Below, piece by piece: positions 38,021 through 47,968 of a DNA stretch of 64,000 nt. The translations under genes and the position numbers were made by a program. The notes under the pieces are model-generated. The model saw nothing but the letters and a program-made list of their open reading frames with translations, made no database searches and had not been told where the DNA came from. Origin of the DNA: an uncultured Thiotrichaceae bacterium. Lineage in GTDB: Bacteria > Pseudomonadota > Gammaproteobacteria > SZUA-229. The DNA is taken from contig CAZRKQ010000236.1 in NCBI GenBank assembly GCA_964600755.1, positions 812 to 64,811 of the forward strand, read 5' to 3'. The first letter of the stretch is position 1, and each line of letters begins with the position of its first letter.

Positions 38021-40018
38021 CTAACCTGTATTTAGTAAATTGCCAGGTTGATTATGTCGAGAGGCGAGGCCAAGAACATCAAGGATAAGTGCTACTGAGC
38101 CATCACCCAATACTGTCGCGCCGGCCAGTCCTGGCACAGACTTATAATTATTTTCAAGGCTCTTTATAACTACCTGTTGCTGGCCAATGACGTCATCAAC
38201 CAATATGCCGACGTGTTTTTCTCCTATGTCAAATACAACAAGTAGTTGAGGGTGGTCGCTGTCTATATCGGGTTCAATATTGAACAATTCATATAACCGG
38301 GTCACCGATATATATTCGTCACGGTATTTGTACAATTCTGCTTTGCCTGCGACTGTGTTTGCATTCTTGTCATTGAACATTACCGTTTCTTTGATTGAAT
38401 GAAGAGGTATTATGAAGATCTGGTTACCGACCCGTACGATCTGGCCATCGAGGATGGCAAGTGTTAATGGCAGCTTGATGGTAAATGTGCTGCCAACACC
38501 TTGTTCAGACCAGATATCGACCGTTCCACCCAGGTCCGAGATATTTCGTTTTACCACATCCATGCCGACACCACGTCCGGATATGTCAGTTACTTCAGCG
38601 GCTGTAGAAAAGCCGGGCAGGAAAATCAGGTTCTGTATCTGGTTGTCAGAGAGTTCTTCATCCTCAGCCACAAGATTATGTTCTATGGCGTTAGCCAGTA
38701 CTTTTTCCGGGTTAATGCCACTGCCGTCATCAGAGATTCTCAGCATGACATAACCGCCCTCGTGTGAGGCATTGATTCTGATCACGCCTTGTTCAGGTTT
38801 TCCCTGTAAAGTGCGTGTTTCTGGCGTCTCGATACCATGGTCAAGTGCATTTCTGACAAGATGAACAAGCGGATCGCCTATTTTCTCAAGCACTGTCTTG
38901 TCGAGTTCCGTGGTTTCACCTGAAAACTCGAGCGCGACCTGTTTTCCCTGCGTAATACTCAGGTCATGAACAATTCGTGGAATTCTTTGAAATGCATTGT
39001 CTACAGGAAGCATTCTTATGCTCATGGTTTGCTCCTGCAGGTCACGGGTGTTACGTTCGAGCTGTTCCAGGCAATCCAGTAATTTCTCAGATGGTCCCGA
39101 GCCAAGCTCATTACATACACGGTTGAGTATTGACTGCGTTATTACCAGCTCGCCAACCAGGTTAAGCATGTTGTCAATTTTGTCCGTGCTCACGCGGATC
39201 GAGCGCTGTTCAGTATCGGTTTTTCTGCGGCCAGGCTGGATGGAGTCGCTCCTGCGGTCTGTAGTTGTTCTTCGTTCTAATTCCCTGTTTATTTCCAGCC
39301 TGCAGTCGCCTTCAACCCATGCAAACACTTCTTCGATTTGTTCTCGTGTAATGTGTCCCTGTAACTGAATACGCCAGCCCAGGTAGCAGTTATGTACATC
39401 GAGATCATCAAATCCAGGTACATTATCTACTTCGGCCTTGATGGCAAACTCTCCAAGAGTCTGCAGTTCTCTTATTAATCGTAGAGGATCGTTGCCGGTG
39501 TAAAACAGTTTTTCATCTGGAAAGAAACCGATTCTCCATCTTTGCTCAGGATTGTCATCTGTCGTTTCAGCCTGTGTATCATCGGAATCAGGTTTTGAGT
39601 CGGCTGCTGTGCTTTCTGTCGCGGCTTGTGATGAAAATATTTCAAGCTGTGCTGAAACATTTTCTACTATCGTGGTATCGTGTGGCTTGCCTTCCTTGTC
39701 GCTGATGAGCATGTTGTTTAAAGAATCAACCGCAGAGAGTAATACGGAGATGAGTTCCTGTGTTATTTCAAGCTCATCATTACGCATTTTGTCCAGCACG
39801 GTTTCCATCTTGTGGGTGAAATCTGAAATTATACTGAAACCGAAAGTGCTGGCACTGCCCTTAATTGAATGAGCGGCGCGAAATATTGTGTTGATAATTT
39901 CCTTGTCTGCCGTCCCTGGAGACAGATTCAATAATTCTGACTCCATTGATTCTATTCCTTCGAATGATTCTTCGAAGAAAATATCGTGGAATTGCGACAG
40001 ATTAATATCTATTTCCAT
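38021..40018 (-). CDS. cheA: chemotaxis histidine kinase
   Basis: Hpt IFRAAHSIKG, LNLVGELVI, HLVRNALDHGIE, GFST...SGRGVGMDVV, C-terminal CheW domain. Confidence 0.97.
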   Translation of the reverse strand: MEIDINLSQFHDIFFEESFEGIESMESELLNLSPGTADKEIINTIFRAAHSIKGSASTFGFSIISDFTHKMETVLDKMRNDELEITQELISVLLSAVDSLNNMLISDKEGKPHDTTIVENVSAQLEIFSSQAATESTAADSKPDSDDTQAETTDDNPEQRWRIGFFPDEKLFYTGNDPLRLIRELQTLGEFAIKAEVDNVPGFDDLDVHNCYLGWRIQLQGHITREQIEEVFAWVEGDCRLEINRELERRTTTDRRSDSIQPGRRKTDTEQRSIRVSTDKIDNMLNLVGELVITQSILNRVCNELGSGPSEKLLDCLEQLERNTRDLQEQTMSIRMLPVDNAFQRIPRIVHDLSITQGKQVALEFSGETTELDKTVLEKIGDPLVHLVRNALDHGIETPETRTLQGKPEQGVIRINASHEGGYVMLRISDDGSGINPEKVLANAIEHNLVAEDEELSDNQIQNLIFLPGFSTAAEVTDISGRGVGMDVVKRNISDLGGTVDIWSEQGVGSTFTIKLPLTLAILDGQIVRVGNQIFIIPLHSIKETVMFNDKNANTVAGKAELYKYRDEYISVTRLYELFNIEPDIDSDHPQLLVVFDIGEKHVGILVDDVIGQQQVVIKSLENNYKSVPGLAGATVLGDGSVALILDVLGLASRHNQPGNLLNTG

Positions 40019-40072
40019 GGGTGCTGTGGATTCAACGGTGATCTATTGATGCCGGCATTGTAGCGGCTGTCG

Positions 40073-40432
40073 TTACAGAACCCGGTCTACAGTAGAAAGT
40101 AGATGGTCAGGGTCAAATGGCTTTTCAATCCAGCCCGTTGCGCCCGCCGCTTTGCCCTCCTGCTTTCTGGCTTCGCTGGTTTCCGTTGTCAGGATCAGGA
40201 TAGGAGTGAATTTTAATGAGTCGATCTCCCGCAGCTTTCCAGTCAGAATTATGCCATCCATGTTTGGCATGTTGACATCCGTGATTACCAGGTTGAATGC
40301 ATTGTCCCTTACTACATCAAGTGCCTGAACGCCATCTTCTGCCTCAACAACATCGTGTCCAGCTTCTTTGAGTGTAAACGAAACCATCTCACGCATAGAG
40401 ACAGAATCATCTACCAGTAATATATTTGCCAT
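40073..40432 (-). CDS. cheY: chemotaxis response regulator
   Basis: LVDDS, ITDVNMPNMDG, LTTE, WIEKPF. Confidence 0.92.
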   Translation of the reverse strand: MANILLVDDSVSMREMVSFTLKEAGHDVVEAEDGVQALDVVRDNAFNLVITDVNMPNMDGIILTGKLREIDSLKFTPILILTTETSEARKQEGKAAGATGWIEKPFDPDHLLSTVDRVL

Positions 40433-40621
40433 GTGCTTTGCCCAGTTTTTTGTTTTTATATCTATAGACTAGTATAGACATTGATACTGATATAGCAGTA
40501 GAACATACAAAATGCGTGCTGACGGTAAATTTCGGATTTCCGGCGTAACGGCGGATAATATTGCCTTTCAGAGAAGAGGTGCTAATCTTCCGGATATAAC
40601 AATGTGTTTTGACAAATAAGA

Positions 40622-40993
40622 ATGCCTAAAACAATACTTGTAGTTGATGACTCAAAAGCCATACTTTCGATAATTCGCACCGTTCTGGATGTGGCAGGGT
40701 ATGAGGTATTGACGGCTTCTGATGGAGTAGAAGGCCTGTCTATACTCAAATCCGGCAAGCAGGTCGATATCGTGGTGACTGATCTGAATATGCCCAACAT
40801 GGATGGCATCGAATTTATTTGGGAAATCAGGAAGTTACCTAATCACGTATTCACCCCGATATGCATGCTGACCACGGAATCAGAGCAGTCAAAGCTGATC
40901 GAGGGGGAGTCCATTTCTATCGATGCCTGGATCAAGAAGCCGATTCAGCCGGTCCACGTATTAAATATAGTCAGCAAGATCGTCCCGCCCTAG
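40622..40993 (+). CDS. cheY: second CheY-like response regulator
   Basis: VVDDS, VTDLNMPNMDG, LTTE, WIKKP. Confidence 0.85.
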   Translation: MPKTILVVDDSKAILSIIRTVLDVAGYEVLTASDGVEGLSILKSGKQVDIVVTDLNMPNMDGIEFIWEIRKLPNHVFTPICMLTTESEQSKLIEGESISIDAWIKKPIQPVHVLNIVSKIVPP

Positions 40994-41192
40994 CCGGTAG
41001 TGTTCTTTATCTTCCCGCTTACGCCAACATATCCTGGTCACCACTGATCAAATATTATTCATTTTTAGCCGTTTTTCGCCAGAGTTCAGCTAAAAAACCT
41101 GATTATTGTGCTATCTATCTAGTAATTAAGAAGAAAAATTTACTCCGTATTACTTTTGCTGGGCTCTAGACGGCAGTAACCAAACATGGGCA

Positions 41193-41747
41193 ATGATGAA
41201 TATCAATACTGATCATTCGAATCAGGGAGCTATACTGCAGGATCAAAACATCGACACAAACCAGTTCCTTACATTTATGTTAGGAGACGAGGAGTATGGT
41301 GTTGATATTTTGAATGTGCAGGAGATAAGAAGTTGGGAGTCAGCTACCGCAATACCGAACACACCTGAATATGTGCTTGGTGTTATAAATCTTCGCGGCC
41401 TTGTTGTGCCGATTGTCGATCTGCGTAAAAGGTTTGCAATGAGTCAGGCGGAATTCGGACCGACAACAATAATCGTCATCGTTAAATTATCGGGCAAGTC
41501 AAACTCTTCAAAAACAGTTGGCATGGTCGTAGATGAAGTGTCTGATGTATACAACATACTGGATAATGATATTGGAGAAATGCCTGATTTTGGTAGTGTT
41601 GTAGGCACGGAGTTCATCAAAGGCGTGGCAAATGTCAACGATAAAATGGTCATCGTTCTCAATATTGATTCTCTGATAAATACTGGCGTCTTGGGTGACG
41701 ATGTAACACCTGAATGCACCGAAGATCAGGCCGGGTTGGCCGAATAA
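41193..41747 (+). CDS. cheW: chemotaxis coupling protein
   Basis: [48 protein letters not shown]. Confidence 0.95.
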   Translation: MMNINTDHSNQGAILQDQNIDTNQFLTFMLGDEEYGVDILNVQEIRSWESATAIPNTPEYVLGVINLRGLVVPIVDLRKRFAMSQAEFGPTTIIVIVKLSGKSNSSKTVGMVVDEVSDVYNILDNDIGEMPDFGSVVGTEFIKGVANVNDKMVIVLNIDSLINTGVLGDDVTPECTEDQAGLAE

Positions 41748-41770
41748 TAACGTACGATAAAGGTGGGAGC

Positions 41771-43516
41771 ATGAAACTATTAACAAAATTAGCAGGCATG
41801 GTCGTTATATTGCTCGCCATCACCTTCTTTGTTGCAGGCTTCGGTATGGTCAGTATCACTAATGTTGGTGAAAACCTGCGTGGTATCGCGAATGCTGATG
41901 TACCTCTGTTGAATTCAATTACAAGAATTACAATGAACCAGCTTGAACAATCTGTATGGTTTGAACGCGCATTGATATCCGTCGAGCAGGATGACTGGTC
42001 TTCATATGATAAAGCTGAATCTGAATTAGTAACTACGGCGTACGTGGCCAATAACGAATTTGATCTGAGTATGCAGTTGCTTACAACCACCATCGAGGAA
42101 GCGGCTAACGAGGAGAGCAGTGCTAAATACGCTGATATCTCCAAGCGCCTGAATGAAGTCTTTACTGAGTATAAGGATTTAAACGAGGGTACTCAGGAAA
42201 TGTTGATCCACATGAAGAACGGCACAATATCCAGTGCAGATATCGATATGTCGCTGGTGAAGCAGCAGGTTCAGGCGGTAAGTGAAAAGTTGTTGGCGTT
42301 AACAGCTGAAATAAGCGGTGCTACACAATCACTGGCTGTCATCACTAAGCAACAGGAATCTGATGCCACGAGCATGATGACAGTAATTTCAGTGCTGACA
42401 TTATTCATGGCAGTCGCGCTGGGTTTCTGGATTATCCGAAGTGTTCGCAACCAGTTGGGAGCTGACCCTTCTGTCCTTTTAAGCGTTTCAGAATCGTTAT
42501 CTAAAGGTGCGCTGGATATTAAGCATGACGGTATCGATATAGGTGTATATGGTTCTATCAATAAAACACTGGGTAAATTAAAAGAAATTATAAGTGGCAT
42601 TAAATCAGGTTCACACGAGGTCAGCATCGCAGCTGAGCAGGTGTCCCAGGGAAACGCAAACTTGAGCCAACGCACACAGGAACAGGCATCAAGCCTGGAA
42701 GAAGTTGCATCAAGCATGGAACAAATGACTGGTACAACTTCGCAAAACGCATCGAACGCACAACTGACCAACCAGTTGACACAGGACGCCAGAGAGCATG
42801 CTGAAAATGGTGTGAAGGTTGTGCGCAATGCTGTGCAGGCAATGAGTGAGATCGACAGCTCAAGCAATAAAATTGCTGACATCATTAAAGTCATAGATGA
42901 GATTGCTTTCCAGACAAACCTGCTGGCTTTAAATGCTGCAGTAGAAGCGGCAAGAGCAGGTGAGCAGGGACGGGGATTTGCAGTAGTTGCCAGTGAAGTG
43001 AGGAACCTGGCAGGCCGAAGCGCTACAGCTGCAAAGGAGATCAAGGTGCTTATCGAGGACAGCGTGGCCAAGGTTGAAACTGGAGCTGAGCTGGTTAACG
43101 AATCAGGCAAGTCCCTGGAGGAAATAGTAACTGCTGTGAAAAAAGCCAGTGTTATGGCTACTGAAATAGCCGAAGCCAGTAAAGAGCAATCCGAGGGCAT
43201 TGAGCAGGTGAATAAAGCAATACTGCAGATGGATGAGATGACACAGCAAAATGCGTCTTTGGTCGAACAGGCCGCTGCTGCAAGCGAGGCAATGGGTGCA
43301 CAGGCACAGGAACTGAGTGCGCTGGTGTCTTATTTCGATCTTGGTTACCAGGAAGATGCTGTGAGTTACGCTGATATCCGGCAGATAACCAGCGATAACA
43401 ATGTAGAGCAGAATGATAATGGCATCAAGCCGGATATTCCCGCGCTTGATTTACCTCCAGAAGTGACCGCCCAGGATCCGGCTGCTGTAGCAGATGAAGA
43501 GTGGAAAGAGTTTTAG
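41771..43516 (+). CDS. transmembrane methyl-accepting chemotaxis protein with C-terminal pentapeptide
   Basis: Two TM helices around a helical periplasmic domain; hairpin [30 protein letters not shown]; ends EWKEF; ATG 41771 after GGAG. Confidence 0.93.
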   Translation: MKLLTKLAGMVVILLAITFFVAGFGMVSITNVGENLRGIANADVPLLNSITRITMNQLEQSVWFERALISVEQDDWSSYDKAESELVTTAYVANNEFDLSMQLLTTTIEEAANEESSAKYADISKRLNEVFTEYKDLNEGTQEMLIHMKNGTISSADIDMSLVKQQVQAVSEKLLALTAEISGATQSLAVITKQQESDATSMMTVISVLTLFMAVALGFWIIRSVRNQLGADPSVLLSVSESLSKGALDIKHDGIDIGVYGSINKTLGKLKEIISGIKSGSHEVSIAAEQVSQGNANLSQRTQEQASSLEEVASSMEQMTGTTSQNASNAQLTNQLTQDAREHAENGVKVVRNAVQAMSEIDSSSNKIADIIKVIDEIAFQTNLLALNAAVEAARAGEQGRGFAVVASEVRNLAGRSATAAKEIKVLIEDSVAKVETGAELVNESGKSLEEIVTAVKKASVMATEIAEASKEQSEGIEQVNKAILQMDEMTQQNASLVEQAAAASEAMGAQAQELSALVSYFDLGYQEDAVSYADIRQITSDNNVEQNDNGIKPDIPALDLPPEVTAQDPAAVADEEWKEF

Positions 43517-43545
43517 GTAACACAGTCTTGTCGCAGTCCCATGCC

Positions 43546-44646
43546 ATGATCGATAACGCAGAACCAGTTGATGAAGTGCTGATTGTTGACGATTCTCCTA
43601 CAGTAATCGCAACAGCAAAAAAAATGCTGGAAGACAGATATGTTGTCTCTACTGCTACAAATGGGCAGGAAGCGTGGGACATATTGCAAAGTAATCTGTC
43701 GATATCGATGGTTTTTTCAGACCTGCAAATGCCCGTGATGAACGGTCTTGAATTGTTACTGAAAATACGCAACTCAAATGACAGTCGACTGGCGACAATG
43801 CCTGTAGTTATAGTAACTGGAAAAAGTGACACTGCGGCAGGTAAACAGGCGGTTTTCAATATTGGGGCAACGGACTTTATCGGTAAACCATTTAATGCGC
43901 TGGACCTGCTGTCGAGGGCGAGAGCGCATATAGATGGCAAGCAGATTAACCGAAAAAGAAGAATGTCCGATGTGGTCCAGGCAGAACACGAACTGCTTGC
44001 AAGCCCAAGTGCATTTCATAGTATCGGGTGCCAGGCACTGGAATACGCAATTGAAAATAACACCGAATTTATGGTTGTCTACATTGAGCTGGTTAATTAC
44101 AGCGAAATTGAGGAACTTGTTGGTGAGAAGAATGCCAAGGCAATATTTTTGGTAGTCGCCAAAGGGCTGAACGAAACAATCAGGGAAGAAGATGTTGCAA
44201 CGCGCCTGGGGAAAAACAAACTGGCAGTTATCTATAATCTTGTTGGAGATACGGCCGACTCTGTTATTAATCGTTTAAACGAGCATATGAAAAGCCTTGC
44301 ATTTGAGCATGATAGCCAGGCACTGGATATCGATATTGCACATGGTTTTGAAAGCTCATGTTCCTATGGCAAGAACAGCACCTTCACTGAAATCTGTATG
44401 CATGCCGATGAAAAGCTTCAGGTATCTACCGGTGGTATTGCTGATAGCTTAAGTATAAAAAACGTCGTGCCGGAGCTCAGTGAGAGCATTTTTAAAGGAT
44501 TTAAATCTCGCGGTAAAAAAATCGGGCTTTGGTTTGCACTTAAGCATGTAATTGATGATGACTATGATGCCATACCGGAGCAGCATCAACGAGATCTAAT
44601 TGAAAACATGAAAAAATACATCGAATATGTTGAAGGCAAAGATTGA
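43546..44646 (+). CDS. response regulator with degenerate GGDEF domain
   Basis: REC domain (VDDS, SDLQMP, FIGKPF); REEDVATRLGKNKL in place of RxxDxxxRxGGDEF. Confidence 0.8.
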   Translation: MIDNAEPVDEVLIVDDSPTVIATAKKMLEDRYVVSTATNGQEAWDILQSNLSISMVFSDLQMPVMNGLELLLKIRNSNDSRLATMPVVIVTGKSDTAAGKQAVFNIGATDFIGKPFNALDLLSRARAHIDGKQINRKRRMSDVVQAEHELLASPSAFHSIGCQALEYAIENNTEFMVVYIELVNYSEIEELVGEKNAKAIFLVVAKGLNETIREEDVATRLGKNKLAVIYNLVGDTADSVINRLNEHMKSLAFEHDSQALDIDIAHGFESSCSYGKNSTFTEICMHADEKLQVSTGGIADSLSIKNVVPELSESIFKGFKSRGKKIGLWFALKHVIDDDYDAIPEQHQRDLIENMKKYIEYVEGKD

Positions 44647-44705
44647 CATAATGAAAATGTATTAAGGATATCGAGTACGAACAGATAAATACAGAGATTT
44701 CTCTT

Positions 44706-45320
44706 ATGCGAAATATAAACGAACATACAAGTATTAATATTCCATCTGAAAAGATAAGAGAGCTTTCGGGTGAAATGAAGATAATCAGTGATAACTCTAC
44801 CCAGGTAAATACTCTATCTGAAAGAGCCCGCGAAAGTGCTGAGCAGGGCGAGCAGGCCTTGTCAGATGTAAGAAGTACACTTGACGCATTTGTTGAAAGC
44901 TCGGTGCAGATTAATACTTTTCTTGAAGAAATCAACCTGCTTACTCAACAGGTGCATATACTGGGTGTTAATGCAGCGATCGAGGCGGCTAGCGCAGGTC
45001 AGCACAGCGGTGGTTTTTCAATAATTGCCGAAGAAATGCGCAGGATTGCCGGCAAGGTTAAGGATACATCCGGAAATATACACACCGTGTTGGAAAACTC
45101 CGGCACACTGGCTGACAATACAGTCAACGCAATTCAGGCGGCAAGTGAAACCCTGGAGTTGCTGGTAGTGAGTGCCGACCTGTCCATTGAATTATCAAGA
45201 GCCATTTCAGAATCAGCAAACATGCGCTGTGATAACCTGAAATTGTACCTTCCCACGGCTGTCATTGAGAATAGCGATGATACGCAAGCAGAGCTGGATG
45301 AAGGCGCTGCCGAACCTTGA
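44706..45320 (+). CDS. soluble MCP signalling-domain-only protein (divergent)
   Basis: QVHILGVNAAIEAASAGQHSGGFSIIAEEMR; no TM or sensor domain. Confidence 0.75.
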   Translation: MRNINEHTSINIPSEKIRELSGEMKIISDNSTQVNTLSERARESAEQGEQALSDVRSTLDAFVESSVQINTFLEEINLLTQQVHILGVNAAIEAASAGQHSGGFSIIAEEMRRIAGKVKDTSGNIHTVLENSGTLADNTVNAIQAASETLELLVVSADLSIELSRAISESANMRCDNLKLYLPTAVIENSDDTQAELDEGAAEP

Positions 45321-45354
45321 TTATTCATCAATTACCTTGTAATAGTCGGGATTG

Positions 45355-45633
45355 AGTCTGACAGTTAGTGTCATATTGATCCAAACTCCGTCTATGATTT
45401 TTTATCAGTACAGCCACGACTGGCCATATCGAAAAGAATATAGATATTTACTCTCGCAAAGGCGCAAAGCCCGCAAAGTAAAAAGAATTTACTCTCGCAG
45501 AGGCGCAGGGAACGCAGAGGTAACACCTGTTATTTTTCATTCAAAAATATCGTTTTTCTCTGCGTTCCCTGCGCCTCTGCGAGAAAATAGTGGCTGATTT
45601 TCGCTTATAAGAAAATCGTCAACAACTGTCAGA
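45355..45633 (+). mobile_element. MITE-like element, right copy, with 10-bp terminal inverted repeats
   Basis: TCTGACAGTT (45357-45366) and AACTGTCAGA (45624-45633); internal CGCAGAGGCGCAG inverted arms; homologous to 34081-34313. Confidence 0.8.
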
Positions 45634-45909
45634 TTAAGTCGGAACCAGTACAAATAACTAGCCTGATAATTTGATATAAGCCACTTCTCATCCAGGATGC
45701 ACCAGATCCCTCCCAGGCCACAGCCAGAAACGACATCAGTATAAGTTTTAAAATTAAATCCTGTACAAAATCTACGGGTTCTGAAATGAATGCTTGTGCT
45801 TTATTTGGTGCAAGCCTGTTTTCTGGTTATAGGGAACAAGGCTATCGATTATGGTCTACATATATGGAATCTACCTGATAACAACGGCACTTTGCGAAAT
45901 AGCATAATC

Positions 45910-46860
45910 ATGCATGCTTCTGATTCAAAAATACGAAATGCGGCAACGGCAATCCTGCAGCGTACGGTTGGGGAGATTGGCAGGATAATACTGGGTAAGG
46001 ATGACCAGATCCGCCTCGCCCTGACCTGTCTTGTCGCACGCGGCCATCTGTTGATAGAGGATTTGCCGGGCGTTGGCAAAACCACGCTGGCACATGCGAT
46101 AGCGCAGGTCATGGGTCTCGATTTTCAGCGTATTCAGTTTACTTCCGATCTGCTGCCCGCTGATGTGCTGGGTGTGGCTGTATACGAGCGTGAGCGTGCC
46201 GTGTTTGAATTTCACCAGGGCCCTATTTTTTCACACTTCATTCTTGCCGACGAGGTTAACAGGGCGACGCCAAAAACGCAGAGTGCTTTGCTTGAAGCGA
46301 TGGAAGAGTACCAGGTGACGGTGGAAGGTGAGACACGCGACCTGCCGCAGCCGTTTTTTGTTATTGCCACGCAGAACCCGATGCACCAGATAGGCACTTA
46401 TCCCTTGCCTGAATCGCAGCTGGATCGCTTTCTAATGCGGCTGCATCTTGGTTTCCCGGACAAGGAAGCTGAACGAGAGTTGCTACAGGGTGATGACAGG
46501 CGTGACATGATAGAACATATCAACCCGGTTCTTGATGCCGGAAAATTAATTTCCATTCAAAAGCAGGCAGCTGACATATATGTGGCTGATGCATTACTTG
46601 ACTACGTGCAGTCGATACTGGAATTTACCAGAAATTCTCCGATGTTTGAGTTTGGGCTTTCTCCTCGTGGCGGCCTGGCATTGCTCAGTTCAGCCAAGGC
46701 CCTGGCATTAATTGACGCCAAGGAATTTGTTCTGCCTGAACATATCAAGCAGGTGTTACCAGCCGTTGTAAACCATCGACTGGTCAAAACCTCTGATGAA
46801 CTGGATACAAACAAACAGACAATCGCAGATTTCATATCTGCGTCGGTTCCAGTTCCCTGA
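45910..46860 (+). CDS. moxR: MoxR family AAA+ ATPase
   Basis: HLLIEDLPGVGKTT, RIQFTSDLLPAD, DEVNRATPKTQSALLEAM, ATQNP, LPESQLDRF. Confidence 0.93.
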   Translation: MHASDSKIRNAATAILQRTVGEIGRIILGKDDQIRLALTCLVARGHLLIEDLPGVGKTTLAHAIAQVMGLDFQRIQFTSDLLPADVLGVAVYERERAVFEFHQGPIFSHFILADEVNRATPKTQSALLEAMEEYQVTVEGETRDLPQPFFVIATQNPMHQIGTYPLPESQLDRFLMRLHLGFPDKEAERELLQGDDRRDMIEHINPVLDAGKLISIQKQAADIYVADALLDYVQSILEFTRNSPMFEFGLSPRGGLALLSSAKALALIDAKEFVLPEHIKQVLPAVVNHRLVKTSDELDTNKQTIADFISASVPVP

Positions 46861-46871
46861 TGAGTTAAGTC

Positions 46872-47849
46872 TTGTCTATATCATCAATTTTAAGGCTTCC
46901 GGATTTTACGCGTAAGCCTGCGTTCAAGTTTATTTCAAAGCGTAGCGGCCCTTTCGAAGGCGAGGTGACGCTGGATAAGAACCGGGTTTACATATTACCT
47001 ACAAAAATCGGTTTCATATTCAGTTTACTTTTAGTCATCCTGCTATTGGGCTCAGTAAATTACGGTAAGAGTCTTGGTTACTTGCTGGTATTTCTGCTTG
47101 CTGGTGTTGGTAATGTGGCGATGTTTGCAACGTGGAGAAATCTCGCTGGATTACGACTGCGCGCAGGTGGATGTTCCCCGGTTTTTTCAGGTGAGGAAGC
47201 AAGATTTGCAGTACAGCTGCAGAACCGCGATCCGGTAACTCGTTATTCAATTGCAATTAGCCAGGACGGGATTGAATATGAGGTTGCTGACGTGCCGCCA
47301 GACAGTGTCTGCCAGGTCCATTTCAGAAAAACAGCCGGACATCGTGGTGTACTCAGTGCCGGTCGTTTTCGCCTTTGTACTGAATTTCCTACAGGGTTAT
47401 TTGTAGCCTGGACATGGATAGAGCTAAGTATGCAATGCGTTGTTTATCCAAAGCCCGCCAGAACCGCATCGATGCCAGAGGGCATTACTGTCGTTGATGG
47501 AGAGAGTGAATTACACGGCGATGGTATTGAGGAATATACCGGTCTGCGTAAATACCAGGCAGGTGATTCGTGGCGCAGAGTATCATGGAAAGCGACTGCA
47601 AAAAGCGATGAGCTGCATACCAAGGAGTTTGCTGGTGGCCAGCCGGAATTGCAGTGGATTGAATGGAATGCGATAGCCGCCAGTGGTACTGAAGAGCGTC
47701 TTTCTATCATGACACGACTGGTGATCAATGCGGAATCCGGGCATCGATATTATGGGCTCAGAATGCCAGACGTTGAGTTTTCTCCAGATAATGGCAACAA
47801 GCATTTTCAACAGTGTTTGAAGGTGCTGGCATTGTACGGAAGAAATTAA
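46872..47849 (+). CDS. DUF58 domain protein
   Basis: RVYILPT, FPTGLFVAW, VVYP, LRKYQAGDSWRRVSWKA; between moxR and the transglutaminase. Confidence 0.88.
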   Translation: MSISSILRLPDFTRKPAFKFISKRSGPFEGEVTLDKNRVYILPTKIGFIFSLLLVILLLGSVNYGKSLGYLLVFLLAGVGNVAMFATWRNLAGLRLRAGGCSPVFSGEEARFAVQLQNRDPVTRYSIAISQDGIEYEVADVPPDSVCQVHFRKTAGHRGVLSAGRFRLCTEFPTGLFVAWTWIELSMQCVVYPKPARTASMPEGITVVDGESELHGDGIEEYTGLRKYQAGDSWRRVSWKATAKSDELHTKEFAGGQPELQWIEWNAIAASGTEERLSIMTRLVINAESGHRYYGLRMPDVEFSPDNGNKHFQQCLKVLALYGRN

Positions 47850-47968
47850 AATGAAATTCTTAACCGTGCTGTTTACGCAGTGTCTTTCGACAAGCCTGCT
47901 AAAAGTATTGATGTGCCAGCGACACAATTATAACGATAACACCATAATCGTTTTTTACGGTCCCGGGC

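Noticed and set aside
40433-40621. sigma28 promoter (TAAA...GCGGATAA) between the two cheY genes
   Set aside because: The spacer is about 21 nt instead of about 15; alternative alignments are poor
42271-43200. 309-aa antisense ORF over the MCP, and similar long shadow ORFs over glnE, argA, argE and cheA
   Set aside because: Antisense or alternate-frame shadows of well-supported genes, with Ser/Ala-rich low-information translations
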